Shown here: positions 43,138 through 52,558 of the stretch, in pieces
Position numbering within the stretch: position 1 is the first letter of the stretch
Layout of the letters: every line of letters starts with the position of its first letter
DNA from: Phycisphaerae bacterium
GTDB taxonomy: Bacteria > Planctomycetota > Phycisphaerae > SM23-33
NCBI GenBank assembly: GCA_049975485.1
Contig: JBNGDC010000001.1
Span: 144,996 to 208,995 of the forward strand
Direction of reading: 5' to 3'
DNA length: 64,000 nt
The notes under the pieces: model-generated
What the model was told of the DNA's origin: nothing
Seen by the model: the letters and a program-made list of their open reading frames with translations, nothing else
The model's database searches: none
Program-made: the position numbers and the translations under genes

Positions 43138-44685
43138 TTATCTGTCCGTATGCTCCCGCTTTTTCCCGTTGACGGTGCTTCGCAGTTTGCCGTCGGACAG
43201 TTCCGTCAGCAGGGCATCGCCTGCCGACACGTCCTGGATGCTGCGGAGGATTTTGCCGTCGCGGCCGCGGGTTATGCTGAATCCGCGCCGCAGCACATTG
43301 CGGTGGCTCATCGATTCGAGCTGTCTTGCCAGAGCGTCGATTTTCTGGCGGTGCAGCTTCAGCCGCTGTCGTGGGTCCGCGCGATGCAGTTGAGCTTCGG
43401 TCCGGGCGAGGCGGTCGCCGCTGCGCTTGGCCCGGGCGCCCAGCGCCCAACGCAGCCGGGCTACCGCCCGCTCGAGTCGCCCGGTCGCCTGCTCCCGCCG
43501 TCGGGCCGGGTGCAGCTCCGCCAGTCTCTGTGCGGGCTGTTCGAGCTTGCGCCGGTCGCGGTTCAGTAGGGCGGCCGTCCCGGATCGGAGGCGTATGGAC
43601 AACTCGTCCACCTCCCGGCTGTGGGTTCGCAGACGCACCGTGGGGTCGCGGAAAGCGACGCTGCGGAGCACGCTCTTCAGCGACGCCCGCGCAGTGGCGA
43701 CCTTCTCTGCGAGTCGTCTGCGGGCACGTCCGGCGAGCTGGGCAAGATACTGGCGCATTTCCCGCCGGTCGGGTACGGCCAGAGCTGCGGCGGCCGTCGG
43801 CGTGGCCGCTCGCGCGTCGGCCACCATATCTGCGATGGTCACATCCACCTCGTGCCCGACGCCGCTGATTACCGGTGTCTCGGCGGCGAATATCGCCCGC
43901 GCGACGGCCTCTTCGTTGAACGACCAGAGGTCCTCCAGCGACCCGCCGCCACGCGCGACGATGATAGTCTCTATTCCCAGCCGGACCGCGTTGGCGTCCA
44001 ACAGGGCGACGGCACGGGCTATCTGCTCGGCCGATCCCTCGCCTTGGACCGCCACCGGCAGCAGGTACGCCCTCACCGCAGGCCACCGGGCCGAGAGCGT
44101 GCGACGGATGTCGCGGATGGCCGCCCCGGCGGCGCTTGTTACTATGCCGATTGCCCGGGGTATCCGCGGTATGGGCTTCTTGTGGCGGTCGTCGAAAAGC
44201 CCCTCGGTCTGGAGTTTTTCGCGAAGCTGACGGAACGCCAGCTCCAGCGCGCCGGCACCTTTGGGCGTAATTTGGCGAACATAGAGCTGCAACTGCCCTC
44301 GGCGGTCGTAAACGTCCACGCGTCCCTCGGCCACCACTTCCAGCCCGTCGCTCGGCGAGAATTTCAGCTTGGCGGCGTCGCGGCGGAACATGACCGCATC
44401 AATGGCGCAGCGATCGTCCTTCAGGCGGAAATACAGGTGCCCGCTGCTGGGGTGCCGCTTGAAGTTGCTGATTTCGCCGACGACATAAACGGACTGCGGG
44501 AAGGCCTCGTCCAGAGCGTTCTTGATCCGCCCGACCAGAAGCGACACCGACCAGGGCCGTTCTGCACCTGAGGAAGAGCCGGTAATCTCGTCGGTTACGT
44601 CCTTTCCCACGTCGGGGCGCATATCGGCGCCGCGTGCATTGTCGGGGTCGAAAAGGGGATATCCGCTGTCAGTCATCGCCGGCAT
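43138..44685 (-). CDS. xseA: exodeoxyribonuclease VII large subunit
   Basis: N-terminal OB fold (VYVVGEISNFKRHPSSGHLYFRLKD), a catalytic middle region, and a long coiled C-terminus. 515 aa. Confidence 0.85.
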   Translation of the reverse strand: MPAMTDSGYPLFDPDNARGADMRPDVGKDVTDEITGSSSGAERPWSVSLLVGRIKNALDEAFPQSVYVVGEISNFKRHPSSGHLYFRLKDDRCAIDAVMFRRDAAKLKFSPSDGLEVVAEGRVDVYDRRGQLQLYVRQITPKGAGALELAFRQLREKLQTEGLFDDRHKKPIPRIPRAIGIVTSAAGAAIRDIRRTLSARWPAVRAYLLPVAVQGEGSAEQIARAVALLDANAVRLGIETIIVARGGGSLEDLWSFNEEAVARAIFAAETPVISGVGHEVDVTIADMVADARAATPTAAAALAVPDRREMRQYLAQLAGRARRRLAEKVATARASLKSVLRSVAFRDPTVRLRTHSREVDELSIRLRSGTAALLNRDRRKLEQPAQRLAELHPARRREQATGRLERAVARLRWALGARAKRSGDRLARTEAQLHRADPRQRLKLHRQKIDALARQLESMSHRNVLRRGFSITRGRDGKILRSIQDVSAGDALLTELSDGKLRSTVNGKKREHTDR

Positions 44686-44766
44686 TGTACATCCCTCGCA
44701 GGCGGTGTGCCATGCGTCTAAAACGTGGCGGAAAATGACGGATTATTGCGGAAAATCCGACACATG

Positions 44767-44795
44767 CGACACGCCGTCGGATAATTCGCTATAAT
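44767..44795 (+). promoter_or_regulatory. candidate sigma-70 promoter for the ABC transporter, with an upstream direct repeat
   Basis: -35 GCGACA, a 17-nt spacer, and -10 TATAAT (44790-44795). The direct repeat GCGGAAAAT is at 44728-44736 and 44748-44756 (20-bp phasing). Confidence 0.3.
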
Positions 44796-44813
44796 GCAGA
44801 GTTTTGCGGAGGT

Positions 44814-46616
44814 GTGTTGCAGAGCGTGAGTAGCAGCAGAAGACATCCCTTGTGGCGGTATCTTTCCTACGCGGCACCATATAAGTGGTGGATAGTGCTG
44901 ATGTGTGTCGGTGGCGTGGCGAAGTTTACGCTACCGATGATTCCGGCGGCGTTGAGCAGGACCATCGTCGATGACGTGATCAATAACATCCGGGGGCTTG
45001 CCGAGCCGCGGCGGGTGGAACTGCTGTGGTGGATAGCCGGCGGAATGGGCGTGGTGGCGGTCGGCGAGGCCGTCGCGATTTTTGTCCGCGGCTATTACAC
45101 GGTCAAGGTCAGTTCGTCGGTTGCGTTCGACATCCGTCGGGACCTGTGGCGGCACATGCAGCGTCTGAGCTTGGGCTATCACCAGTCACGTCCCACGGGC
45201 ACGCTCCTGACGCGGCTGATGAACGACATCGCAGTCAGCCAGCAGATGGTCCAGGGAGGCATCGGCAATGTCGTCATAGACTCCGGCAGCGGCATCATCG
45301 CGCTGATAGTCCTGTTGAGCATATCCTGGGAGCTTACGCTGATAGTCCTGGGCGTTATGCCGCTGTACGCCATTCTCTATCGGAAGCTGAACCCGCGACT
45401 GCGGCAGGCCAGCTACGACGTGCAGGAGCAGCGCTCCGTGATGAGCGGTTCGGCCGTGGAGCGGCTCAACGGCATCGCGCTTATTCAGAGCTTCGCCCAG
45501 GAAAAGTCTGAGCAGCGCCACTTCCGCGACCACGCCGGCGAGCTGCGCGGCCGGAGTATCCGCCGGGGACGTCTGCACCAGAGCATAAGCTCGCTGAGCA
45601 ACCTGCTGGTGGCGTTCGGGTCGGCGGGCGTCTGGGTGGTGGGAGGATACCTGGCGGTTCGCGGGCGGCTGACGTCGGGGGAGATAATCCAGTTCACCGC
45701 CACGGCGGCACTGCTGTACCTGCCGATCCGCAGGTTCAGCGAGATAAACAACGTTTACCAGATGTCGATAGCGGCGATTGAGCGTGTGTTCGAGGTTTTC
45801 GACGACGTCCCCGCCGTCCAGGACAAGCCGGACGTCCGGCGGCGAAGCGTCGAGCGGGGCGAAATAGAGTTCGACCATGTCAGTTTCTCCTATCGCCGGG
45901 ACAAGCCGCCCGTGCTGCACGACGTGTCGTTCCACATCGAGCCGGGTCGGCGCGTCGCGGTCGTGGGTGAGAGCGGGGCCGGCAAGAGCACGCTGGTTAC
46001 GCTGATTCCGCGTTTGTTCGACGTTACCGAGGGCGCCATCCGTATCGACGGCGTGGACGTACGCGATTACCGCTTGCGCGACCTGCGCCGCAGCATCGGC
46101 ATCGTATTGCAGGAGACCATACTGTTCTCCGGAACCATTCGAGAGAACCTGCGGTATGGACGGAAGGACGCCACCGAGGATGAGATAGTCGAGGCGGCGA
46201 AGGTCGCCAACGCTCACCGGTTCATCGTGGAGCTTCCCGATGGGTACGACACCGAGGTGGGCGAGCACGGCGTGAGCTTGTCCGGAGGGCAGAGGCAGCG
46301 GGTCTCGCTGGCCAGGGCTATCCTGCAGGACCCGAAGGTGCTCATACTCGACGAGGCCACCAGCAGTCTCGACAGCGAGAGTGAGAACCTCATCGTCGAG
46401 GCGATGCAGCGGGTGATGGCCGGTCGGACGTCGCTGGTGATAGCTCACCGCCTGAGCACCATACTCGATGCCGATCGGATTCTGGTCCTCAGCAAGGGTC
46501 GGCTCGTTGAGGACGGGCCGCACGATGAACTGCTCGCCCGCAACGGGGCCTACCGCCACCTGTTTGAGCAGCAGTTCGGACCATTGCAGAGGATGCTCTC
46601 GGACGGCGGACGGTGA
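44814..46616 (+). CDS. ABC transporter, fused permease/ATPase (exporter type, MsbA-like)
   Basis: Six-TM N-half, Walker A GESGAGKST, signature LSGGQRQRVSLARA, and Walker B ILILDEATS. Confidence 0.85.
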   Translation: MLQSVSSSRRHPLWRYLSYAAPYKWWIVLMCVGGVAKFTLPMIPAALSRTIVDDVINNIRGLAEPRRVELLWWIAGGMGVVAVGEAVAIFVRGYYTVKVSSSVAFDIRRDLWRHMQRLSLGYHQSRPTGTLLTRLMNDIAVSQQMVQGGIGNVVIDSGSGIIALIVLLSISWELTLIVLGVMPLYAILYRKLNPRLRQASYDVQEQRSVMSGSAVERLNGIALIQSFAQEKSEQRHFRDHAGELRGRSIRRGRLHQSISSLSNLLVAFGSAGVWVVGGYLAVRGRLTSGEIIQFTATAALLYLPIRRFSEINNVYQMSIAAIERVFEVFDDVPAVQDKPDVRRRSVERGEIEFDHVSFSYRRDKPPVLHDVSFHIEPGRRVAVVGESGAGKSTLVTLIPRLFDVTEGAIRIDGVDVRDYRLRDLRRSIGIVLQETILFSGTIRENLRYGRKDATEDEIVEAAKVANAHRFIVELPDGYDTEVGEHGVSLSGGQRQRVSLARAILQDPKVLILDEATSSLDSESENLIVEAMQRVMAGRTSLVIAHRLSTILDADRILVLSKGRLVEDGPHDELLARNGAYRHLFEQQFGPLQRMLSDGGR

Positions 46617-46654
46617 GTGGGTCGGGTTTCCATATCCCCACTGGAACAGCACAA

Positions 46655-46830
46655 ACGGCACAGGGCTGGGGTAAGCACGAAATACGAAAACTGAAATCCG
46701 AAACAAGCACGAAGCATCCAAATCCGAATGCTCCAAACCGCGCATCGGCGGCCCCGCTGTTTAGAACATTCGTATTTCGGCTTCAGGATTTGCTTCGGAT
46801 TTAGAGTTTTCGTCTCGCCGGGCGGTTTGC
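46655..46830. other. low-GC intergenic segment rich in CGAAA/TTTCG inverted repeats (candidate sRNA or terminator region)
   Basis: CGAAATACGAA (46678-46688) pairs with TTCGTATTTCG (46765-46775). AAATCCGAA occurs twice and its complement TTCGGATTT occurs once. The local GC is far below the flanks. Confidence 0.35.
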
Positions 46831-46837
46831 GTTGCGG

Positions 46838-47164
46838 TCACATCCCCAGCGAGAGTCTTTGCGTGAACCTGACGGCCACTTCGCACTGGTCGGTATTACC
46901 GGGATCTGTCCGAACGACCTTTCCCTCTCCGCTGACGCGGCAGGGCGATACGGAGTATCCCTCGCCTGGAGGAACGGTCAGCTCGAACCGCACGCTCTGA
47001 CCATTTTGCGGAGCCGAGTCGGCCGGCATTCGCAGAAGCATCCCGCCCGGTGAGACGTTGGTTGTGAACAGCTCCGATGTTGCGTGGTCGCAGCCGTTCA
47101 GCGCTCTTACCGGCAGGTGAAGGGCCACTCGCCGGTACGACCTTCTGTCCGGACGGTCTGTCAT
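46838..47164 (-). CDS. PilZ domain protein (c-di-GMP binding)
   Basis: RRSYRRV...ELFTTNVSPGGMLL is the RxxxR and DxSxGG PilZ signature. The start is chosen at 47164 (AAGGGG RBS). Confidence 0.7.
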   Translation of the reverse strand: MTDRPDRRSYRRVALHLPVRALNGCDHATSELFTTNVSPGGMLLRMPADSAPQNGQSVRFELTVPPGEGYSVSPCRVSGEGKVVRTDPGNTDQCEVAVRFTQRLSLGM

Positions 47165-47382
47165 CGCGGACCCCTTACTGGCACGTGCATCCCGCCATAC
47201 GGACATGAGGCAATCTCCATACCGCAGCCGGCTGCCCGGCGAGCGTTCCCTCAGGACGGCTGCGTATGAGTTTCATCGGCAGGAAGCAACGAACAGCATG
47301 AGCCGTTTGCCAACAGTAGCTCACAGCCAGCGGAATGGGGGCATCGCGTTGCGTCTCGGCAACATCGTGTTGCCTGAACGCA

Positions 47383-48213
47383 TCATTGGTACTGCATGCC
47401 GACCTCTTCCAGCAGCCCCTTCAATCCGGCGACGGCCTTTGCGAACAGGTCCGGTCCGCTGAAGCCGGAGAACTGACCCGCGGCCTTCATATGCGGTTCC
47501 AGCGTCATCACACCTGAGTACCCCCGTTGTTTCGCGTCAGTGAATGTTTCGCGGATCTGGCCGTGTCCCTCGCCGGCCGGCACGCATGTTTGGGCGCCGG
47601 GGACCTTGTCCTTGATGTGGAAGTAGTCGGTAAGCTCGGCCAGGCCCTTGCTCCAGCCGTCGTCGTAGGGCGCCACGCCTTCCTCGACGTAATTGGCCGG
47701 GTCGAATATGCCCTTGAAGCTCTCGGACTTGATGGTTGCGAACAGGTCCTTCACGCCCTCGGGCTTGGCGCCGTAGATGCCTTTCTCGTTCTCGTGCAGC
47801 AGGACGCACCCGGCCTCCTCGGCGGCGGCGACCATCTGCCGCATCCGGTCCATGACGGAATCGCGCTGCTCGGCGATGTCTTTACCGGCGGACGGATAGA
47901 AGCTGAACATGCGTATCTGGTCGGTCCCGAAGGCATGGGCGACGTCGAAGCAGTGCTTCAACAGTTCCAGGTGCTCGGCGAAGTCATCGTCCATCTTGAT
48001 TTTGCCGATGGGCGAGCCGATGCAGGGCACGGAGAAGCCACGGTCGTCCATCTGCTTTTTGTACTCGCGGGCCTGTTCGACCGACATTTTTGAGACGTTC
48101 GTCCCGTCGATGCCGCGCACGTCGATGCATCTGACGCCGTTGGCCTCGCAGACGTCCATCTGGGTCTTCAGATCGTCGGCGATTTCGTCGGCAAATGCGC
48201 TGATGGTGATCAT
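47383..48213 (-). CDS. sugar phosphate isomerase/epimerase (xylose-isomerase-like TIM barrel)
   Basis: 276 aa with the overall AP-endonuclease-2/XylA-like TIM pattern (HENEKG, TLEPH). No signal peptide. Confidence 0.6.
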   Translation of the reverse strand: MITISAFADEIADDLKTQMDVCEANGVRCIDVRGIDGTNVSKMSVEQAREYKKQMDDRGFSVPCIGSPIGKIKMDDDFAEHLELLKHCFDVAHAFGTDQIRMFSFYPSAGKDIAEQRDSVMDRMRQMVAAAEEAGCVLLHENEKGIYGAKPEGVKDLFATIKSESFKGIFDPANYVEEGVAPYDDGWSKGLAELTDYFHIKDKVPGAQTCVPAGEGHGQIRETFTDAKQRGYSGVMTLEPHMKAAGQFSGFSGPDLFAKAVAGLKGLLEEVGMQYQ

Positions 48214-48378
48214 TCTGCTGCTGTCCTTTCTGTTTGGGATCAGGCGGGCATACTATCAGCGGCGCCGGTCCGCGGCAAGCGGCGCCTGCGCCTGGGCCGG
48301 CGGATTAGACGTTGACGCGGCGGTCGGCGGGTGGAGAATACGGCCTCTTGCGGCTCGAGAATGCGAAGGAGGCAGGTC

Positions 48379-51300
48379 ATGCGATCCGCCAAGGACCTTT
48401 TGGAAATATGGAACGCGCCGCCGGCGGAGTTCCGCAGCGCGCCGTTCTGGTCGTGGAACGACGAGCTGGACCCTCTGCGCCTTTGCCGTCAGATAGACAG
48501 CATGCACGCCGCCGGGATGGGCGGCTTTTTCATGCACAGCCGCTACGGGTTGAAGACGCCGTACCTCTCCGACGACTGGTTCGCATGCGTGACGGTTTGC
48601 ATAGAACGGGCCGCCGAATTGGGCATGAAAGCATATCTCTACGACGAGGACCGTTGGCCTTCCGGACCGGCCGGCGGAATCGTTACCCGCGACAACCCGG
48701 AGTACGCCAAGCACGTGCTTACCGCCGGTCCGCCCGCGGAGGAAGGCGAAGCTGTCGTCCGCCAGGGCGTCTTCGCGGTAAATCTGGACGAGCAGGGGCG
48801 GCTTGTTGACTATCAGCCGGTCGAAGACCCGGCCGGGGACACCTCCGAAAAGCAGGTGCTTGCCTTTGACGTGTTCGTCGCCGGTCCCGCCGGGCAGCAT
48901 AACGACGCAGCGTATCTGGACACGATGAACGGCGAGGCCGTCGAGGAATTCATCCACGTTACCCACCAGGCGTACGCGGACCGGTACTCCAAGCACTTCG
49001 GCGGCGTAATCCCGGCGATATTCACCGACGAGCCGAACTATGGCGGATGGGGTTCCAGTCGCTCCAGGCCGCACCTGCAGTGGACGCCCAACCTGCCGCG
49101 CGAGTTTCGCCGCCGTCGCGGGTACGATCTGCGCGACCACCTGCCGGAACTGGTCTATCCCACAGCCGCCGGGTTTTCGAAGGTGCGCTACGACTACCGC
49201 CGGACGCTGACGGAGCTGTTCGTGGAGAGCTTCACCCGGCAGATCGGGATATGGTGCGGCAAGCATAATATCTCGCTGACCGGGCACATGCTGGAAGAGC
49301 CGACGCTCAGCTCTCAGGTCAAGGTCGTGGGCGCATGCATGCCTCACTACGAGCACATGCAGTGGCCCGGTATCGACATGCTCACCGACCAGGCGGACGA
49401 GCTGACCACGGCCAAGCAGTGTTCCTCCGTGGCGGACCAGCTCGGCCGGGACCGTGTGCTCAGCGAGCTGTATGGCTGCACGGGCTGGGATTGGCCGCTG
49501 GAGGGGCACAAGTTCGTCGGCGACTGGCAGTTCGCCTGCGGCGTGAACTTCCGCTGCCCCCACCTTACGCACTATTCGCTCGCCGGCGGCGCCAAGCGCG
49601 ACTACCCCGCGAGCATCTTCGCCCACAGTCCGTGGTGGGACTACTACAACGTGGTGGAGGACTATTTCGCACGGCTGGGCTTCATGCTCACCCGCGGCAA
49701 GCCCATACGCGACGTGCTGGTCGTCCATCCGGTCGAAAGCGCCTGGGGTCTGATGGCGCCTGGGGAGGACGGCACGGCGGGGGTCCGGCCCCTGGAGGAG
49801 TCGCTGGAGCGGCTCATACGCACGCTGTCGGGCCGGCACTGGGACTGGGATTTCGGCGACGAGTCGCTGTTGGAGAAGTACTCGAAGGTCTCCGGCGATA
49901 CCCTTTCAGTCGGCGAGATGAGCTACAAGCTGGTCGTGGTTCCGCCGTGCGAGACGCTGCGGTCCTCCACGGTGGAACTGCTGAAGCGTTTCGCCGCCCA
50001 GGGCGGGGCGGTGATGTTCATCGGTGAGGCGCCGCGTCGCGTGGACGCGGTTGAGAGCCGCGATGCACTGGAACTGGCGGCGGACGTTGACGGCTGCCAG
50101 GACGATACCGAGCAGATATCGCTTACCCTGGGTAAGCTGTTGGACCGCCGTGTGTCGCTGCGAGAGGGGGAGAACGAGGCCGAGTTTGTCTGGTCGATGC
50201 TGCGGGATATCAAAGGTGGTCGGGTGCTGTTCTGCCAGTCGCACGACCGCAAGCAAGGGCATCGTCTGACGGCGGAGGTCGAGGGTGCCCAGCCGGTGCT
50301 GTTGTGGGACCCGCGGACCGGCCGCATAAGCCAGGTGGAATCGGAGCAGTCGGGCAATCGGGTGCGGTTCGAGCTGGATCTTCCGCCGACCGGGTCGGCC
50401 CTGGTGACGTTGGGTGTCTCGCACCGCGACGCCGAGGAAGCGGTGCCCGAGCCGACAATCGCGGACAGCCGGAGTCTGTCGGGGCCTTTCCCCGTGGAGC
50501 TGGTCGAGCCGAACACGATGCCGCTGGACTACTGCCGCTTCCGCACGGGTGACGGGCAGTGGTCGCAGCCGGTACCAACACTCAAGGCCGACACCATGAT
50601 CCGTGAGCACTTCGGGTTGGGCGAACGCGGCAACAAGGGGCCGCAGCCGTGGTATTTGTATCGCACCGGGGTGTTGGATACCGCACCTCGGGGACGCTGC
50701 GAGATGGCATGGGATTTTCACGTAACCACGCTGCCGCCGCGGTGCATGCTGGCGCTGGAACGGCCGGGCGACTTTAAGGTCAGCGTCAACGGCAAGGCGG
50801 CCGGCGGGGCGAAGGGTTTCTGGGTGGATGAGGACATCCGCACCATCGACATCACCGCTCTGCTGGTCGAGGGCGACAACGAGGTGCGCCTGACGTTCGA
50901 CTATCGGCCCGACATGGAGCTGGAGGACATGTACCTGGTCGGCGAGTTCGGCGTCCGCCCGCTGGCTGGAGAAACGTTTGAGCCGGGCAACCTTACGCTT
51001 GTCGAGCAGCCCACAGAGCTGTCAACCGGCTCCTGGTTGAGTCAGGGCCTGCCGTTCTATGGCGGCGCCGTCAGGTACCGCATTGGCGTCGAGAAGCCGG
51101 CCAGTGGCCGCGTCCGGCTCCGTCTGGACAAACCGGCCGCTACGGCAGTGGCCGTACACGCCGGCGGGCGGACGTGGGCTTTGCCCTGGCCGCCGTTTGT
51201 GGTGGACATTACCGACGGTCTGTCGGAAGGGGAAAACGAGGTGGTAGTGGAGGCAATCGCCGGCCGCAAGAACATACTCGGTCCGCTGCATACGCCGTGG

Positions 51301-51414
51301 GAACGGTGGACCGGGCCAGGGGAGTTCCACCCGGACAACCCGAAATGGAGCAGGCAGTACCGGTTGAACGATCATGGATTGATGGGCCCGCCGGTCGTGG
51401 AAGTTGCCGGCTGA
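48379..51414 (+). CDS. large cytoplasmic glycoside-hydrolase-like protein (family not assigned)
   Basis: The N-terminal region FWSWNDELDP...MGGFFMHSRYGLKTPYLSDDWF resembles the catalytic-barrel openings of several GH families. 1011 aa from ATG 48379 (AAGGAGG RBS). Confidence 0.4.
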   Translation: MRSAKDLLEIWNAPPAEFRSAPFWSWNDELDPLRLCRQIDSMHAAGMGGFFMHSRYGLKTPYLSDDWFACVTVCIERAAELGMKAYLYDEDRWPSGPAGGIVTRDNPEYAKHVLTAGPPAEEGEAVVRQGVFAVNLDEQGRLVDYQPVEDPAGDTSEKQVLAFDVFVAGPAGQHNDAAYLDTMNGEAVEEFIHVTHQAYADRYSKHFGGVIPAIFTDEPNYGGWGSSRSRPHLQWTPNLPREFRRRRGYDLRDHLPELVYPTAAGFSKVRYDYRRTLTELFVESFTRQIGIWCGKHNISLTGHMLEEPTLSSQVKVVGACMPHYEHMQWPGIDMLTDQADELTTAKQCSSVADQLGRDRVLSELYGCTGWDWPLEGHKFVGDWQFACGVNFRCPHLTHYSLAGGAKRDYPASIFAHSPWWDYYNVVEDYFARLGFMLTRGKPIRDVLVVHPVESAWGLMAPGEDGTAGVRPLEESLERLIRTLSGRHWDWDFGDESLLEKYSKVSGDTLSVGEMSYKLVVVPPCETLRSSTVELLKRFAAQGGAVMFIGEAPRRVDAVESRDALELAADVDGCQDDTEQISLTLGKLLDRRVSLREGENEAEFVWSMLRDIKGGRVLFCQSHDRKQGHRLTAEVEGAQPVLLWDPRTGRISQVESEQSGNRVRFELDLPPTGSALVTLGVSHRDAEEAVPEPTIADSRSLSGPFPVELVEPNTMPLDYCRFRTGDGQWSQPVPTLKADTMIREHFGLGERGNKGPQPWYLYRTGVLDTAPRGRCEMAWDFHVTTLPPRCMLALERPGDFKVSVNGKAAGGAKGFWVDEDIRTIDITALLVEGDNEVRLTFDYRPDMELEDMYLVGEFGVRPLAGETFEPGNLTLVEQPTELSTGSWLSQGLPFYGGAVRYRIGVEKPASGRVRLRLDKPAATAVAVHAGGRTWALPWPPFVVDITDGLSEGENEVVVEAIAGRKNILGPLHTPWERWTGPGEFHPDNPKWSRQYRLNDHGLMGPPVVEVAG

Positions 51415-51448
51415 CCGCAAGAAGCGAAAATTGCCGGATGTAATTAGC

Positions 51449-51693
51449 TTGACAAAGTATTCGGTTGTGGTAATCATCTAATACTTGGAAAGGCGGCGGG
51501 CGAAGCCGGGGAAGCGTTTCCCTAACCCACTGCCGACGGTCCGGGTGGCAACCGGGCTACTTTGCGAGGTGCACAGGGCAGTGGCAAGTTTCTGTGAGAG
51601 TAACGCACATCTGCAGCTCTCTAACGTCGTGACTGCTCACGCCTGCTAACTTTCGCAAATCCACCGTTGCCGCATAGCAGAAGGAGCCGAGGT
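51449..51693 (+). promoter_or_regulatory. csp gene 1 promoter plus conserved roughly 210-nt 5-prime leader
   Basis: -35 TTGACA (51449-51454), a 17-nt spacer, then AATCAT. The leader 51484-51693 is about 80% identical to 52061-52275 upstream of the second csp gene. Confidence 0.45.
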
Positions 51694-51894
51694 ATGGCTA
51701 CCGGAAAAGTGAAGTGGTTCAACGACGCAAAGGGTTACGGGTTCATCACGGCGGACGACGGCACAGATGCCTTTGTCCATCACGGCGACATCGAAGGCGA
51801 GGGTTTCAAGACCCTCAACGAAGGTGAAACCGTCGAGTTCGAAATGACCCAGGGCGAAAAAGGTCCCAAGGCCGTCCGCGTTCGTAGGGCATAA
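51694..51894 (+). CDS. cold-shock protein (CspA family)
   Basis: [63 protein letters not shown], with RNP1/RNP2 motifs. AAGGAG RBS. Confidence 0.95.
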   Translation: MATGKVKWFNDAKGYGFITADDGTDAFVHHGDIEGEGFKTLNEGETVEFEMTQGEKGPKAVRVRRA

Positions 51895-51926
51895 CTGCCG
51901 ACGAGGACGGATGCGTTGATACCGAA

Positions 51927-51958
51927 GGCGCCGCCGGGAGGCGGCGCTTTCATTATTT
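51927..51958 (+). terminator. Rho-independent terminator after csp gene 1
   Basis: GGCGCCGCC-GGGA-GGCGGCGC followed by TTTCATTATTT. Confidence 0.6.
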
Positions 51959-52025
51959 ATGCTTGCAGCGTTCCGCCCATGGCGTCGGCAGCCGCCTGCG
52001 GGCGTCTTGGCGCTGAAACGTTTTC

Positions 52026-52275
52026 TTGACAACGGCGCCCCGTGGCGGGACAATAACATGCGTAGAAGGGCGGCGGGTGAAGATGACGAGGAAGCGTTTC
52101 CTCAACCCGTTGCCGAGGGCCCGGGTGGCAGCCGGGCTTGTTTGCGAGATGCACAGGGCTGTGACAAGTCTTAGTAAGAGCAACGCACATCCGAAGTTCT
52201 CTTGCAGCCGTGACTGCTCACGCCTGTCGGCTTTCGCAAATCCATAGTTGCCGCATTAGCAGAAGGAGCCGAGGT
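52026..52275 (+). promoter_or_regulatory. csp gene 2 promoter plus conserved 5-prime leader
   Basis: -35 TTGACA (52026-52031), spacer, then GACAAT. The leader is a paralog of 51484-51693. Confidence 0.45.
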
Positions 52276-52476
52276 ATGGCTACCGGAACAGTCAAGTGGT
52301 TCAACGACGCCAAGGGATACGGGTTCATTACCGCCGACGACGGCACCGACGCCTTCGTGCACCACAGCGATATCGAGGGCGAGGGCTTCAAGACCCTCAA
52401 CGAGGGCGAGACCGTCGAATTCGAGCTGACGCAGGGCGAGAAAGGCCCGAAGGCCTTGAGCGTTCGCCGCGCCTAA
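52276..52476 (+). CDS. cold-shock protein (CspA family), paralog
   Basis: [63 protein letters not shown]. Confidence 0.95.
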   Translation: MATGTVKWFNDAKGYGFITADDGTDAFVHHSDIEGEGFKTLNEGETVEFELTQGEKGPKALSVRRA

Positions 52477-52517
52477 GCTCAGCCGGAAACGGCTGCAGTC
52501 AGACAATCTGGAAAACT

Positions 52518-52553
52518 GGAAGCGTCGGTCCGGCGGATCGACGCTTCTTTTTT
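52518..52553 (+). terminator. Rho-independent terminator after csp gene 2 (bidirectional with the convergent pilin-like gene)
   Basis: GGAAGCGTCG, an 11-nt loop, CGACGCTTC, then TTTTTTG. Confidence 0.65.
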
Positions 52554-52558
52554 GCCGC

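Noticed and set aside
48256-49839. 527-aa minus-strand ORF
   Set aside because: It is antisense to the large GH-like gene and has a low-complexity Arg/Pro/Ala-rich translation.
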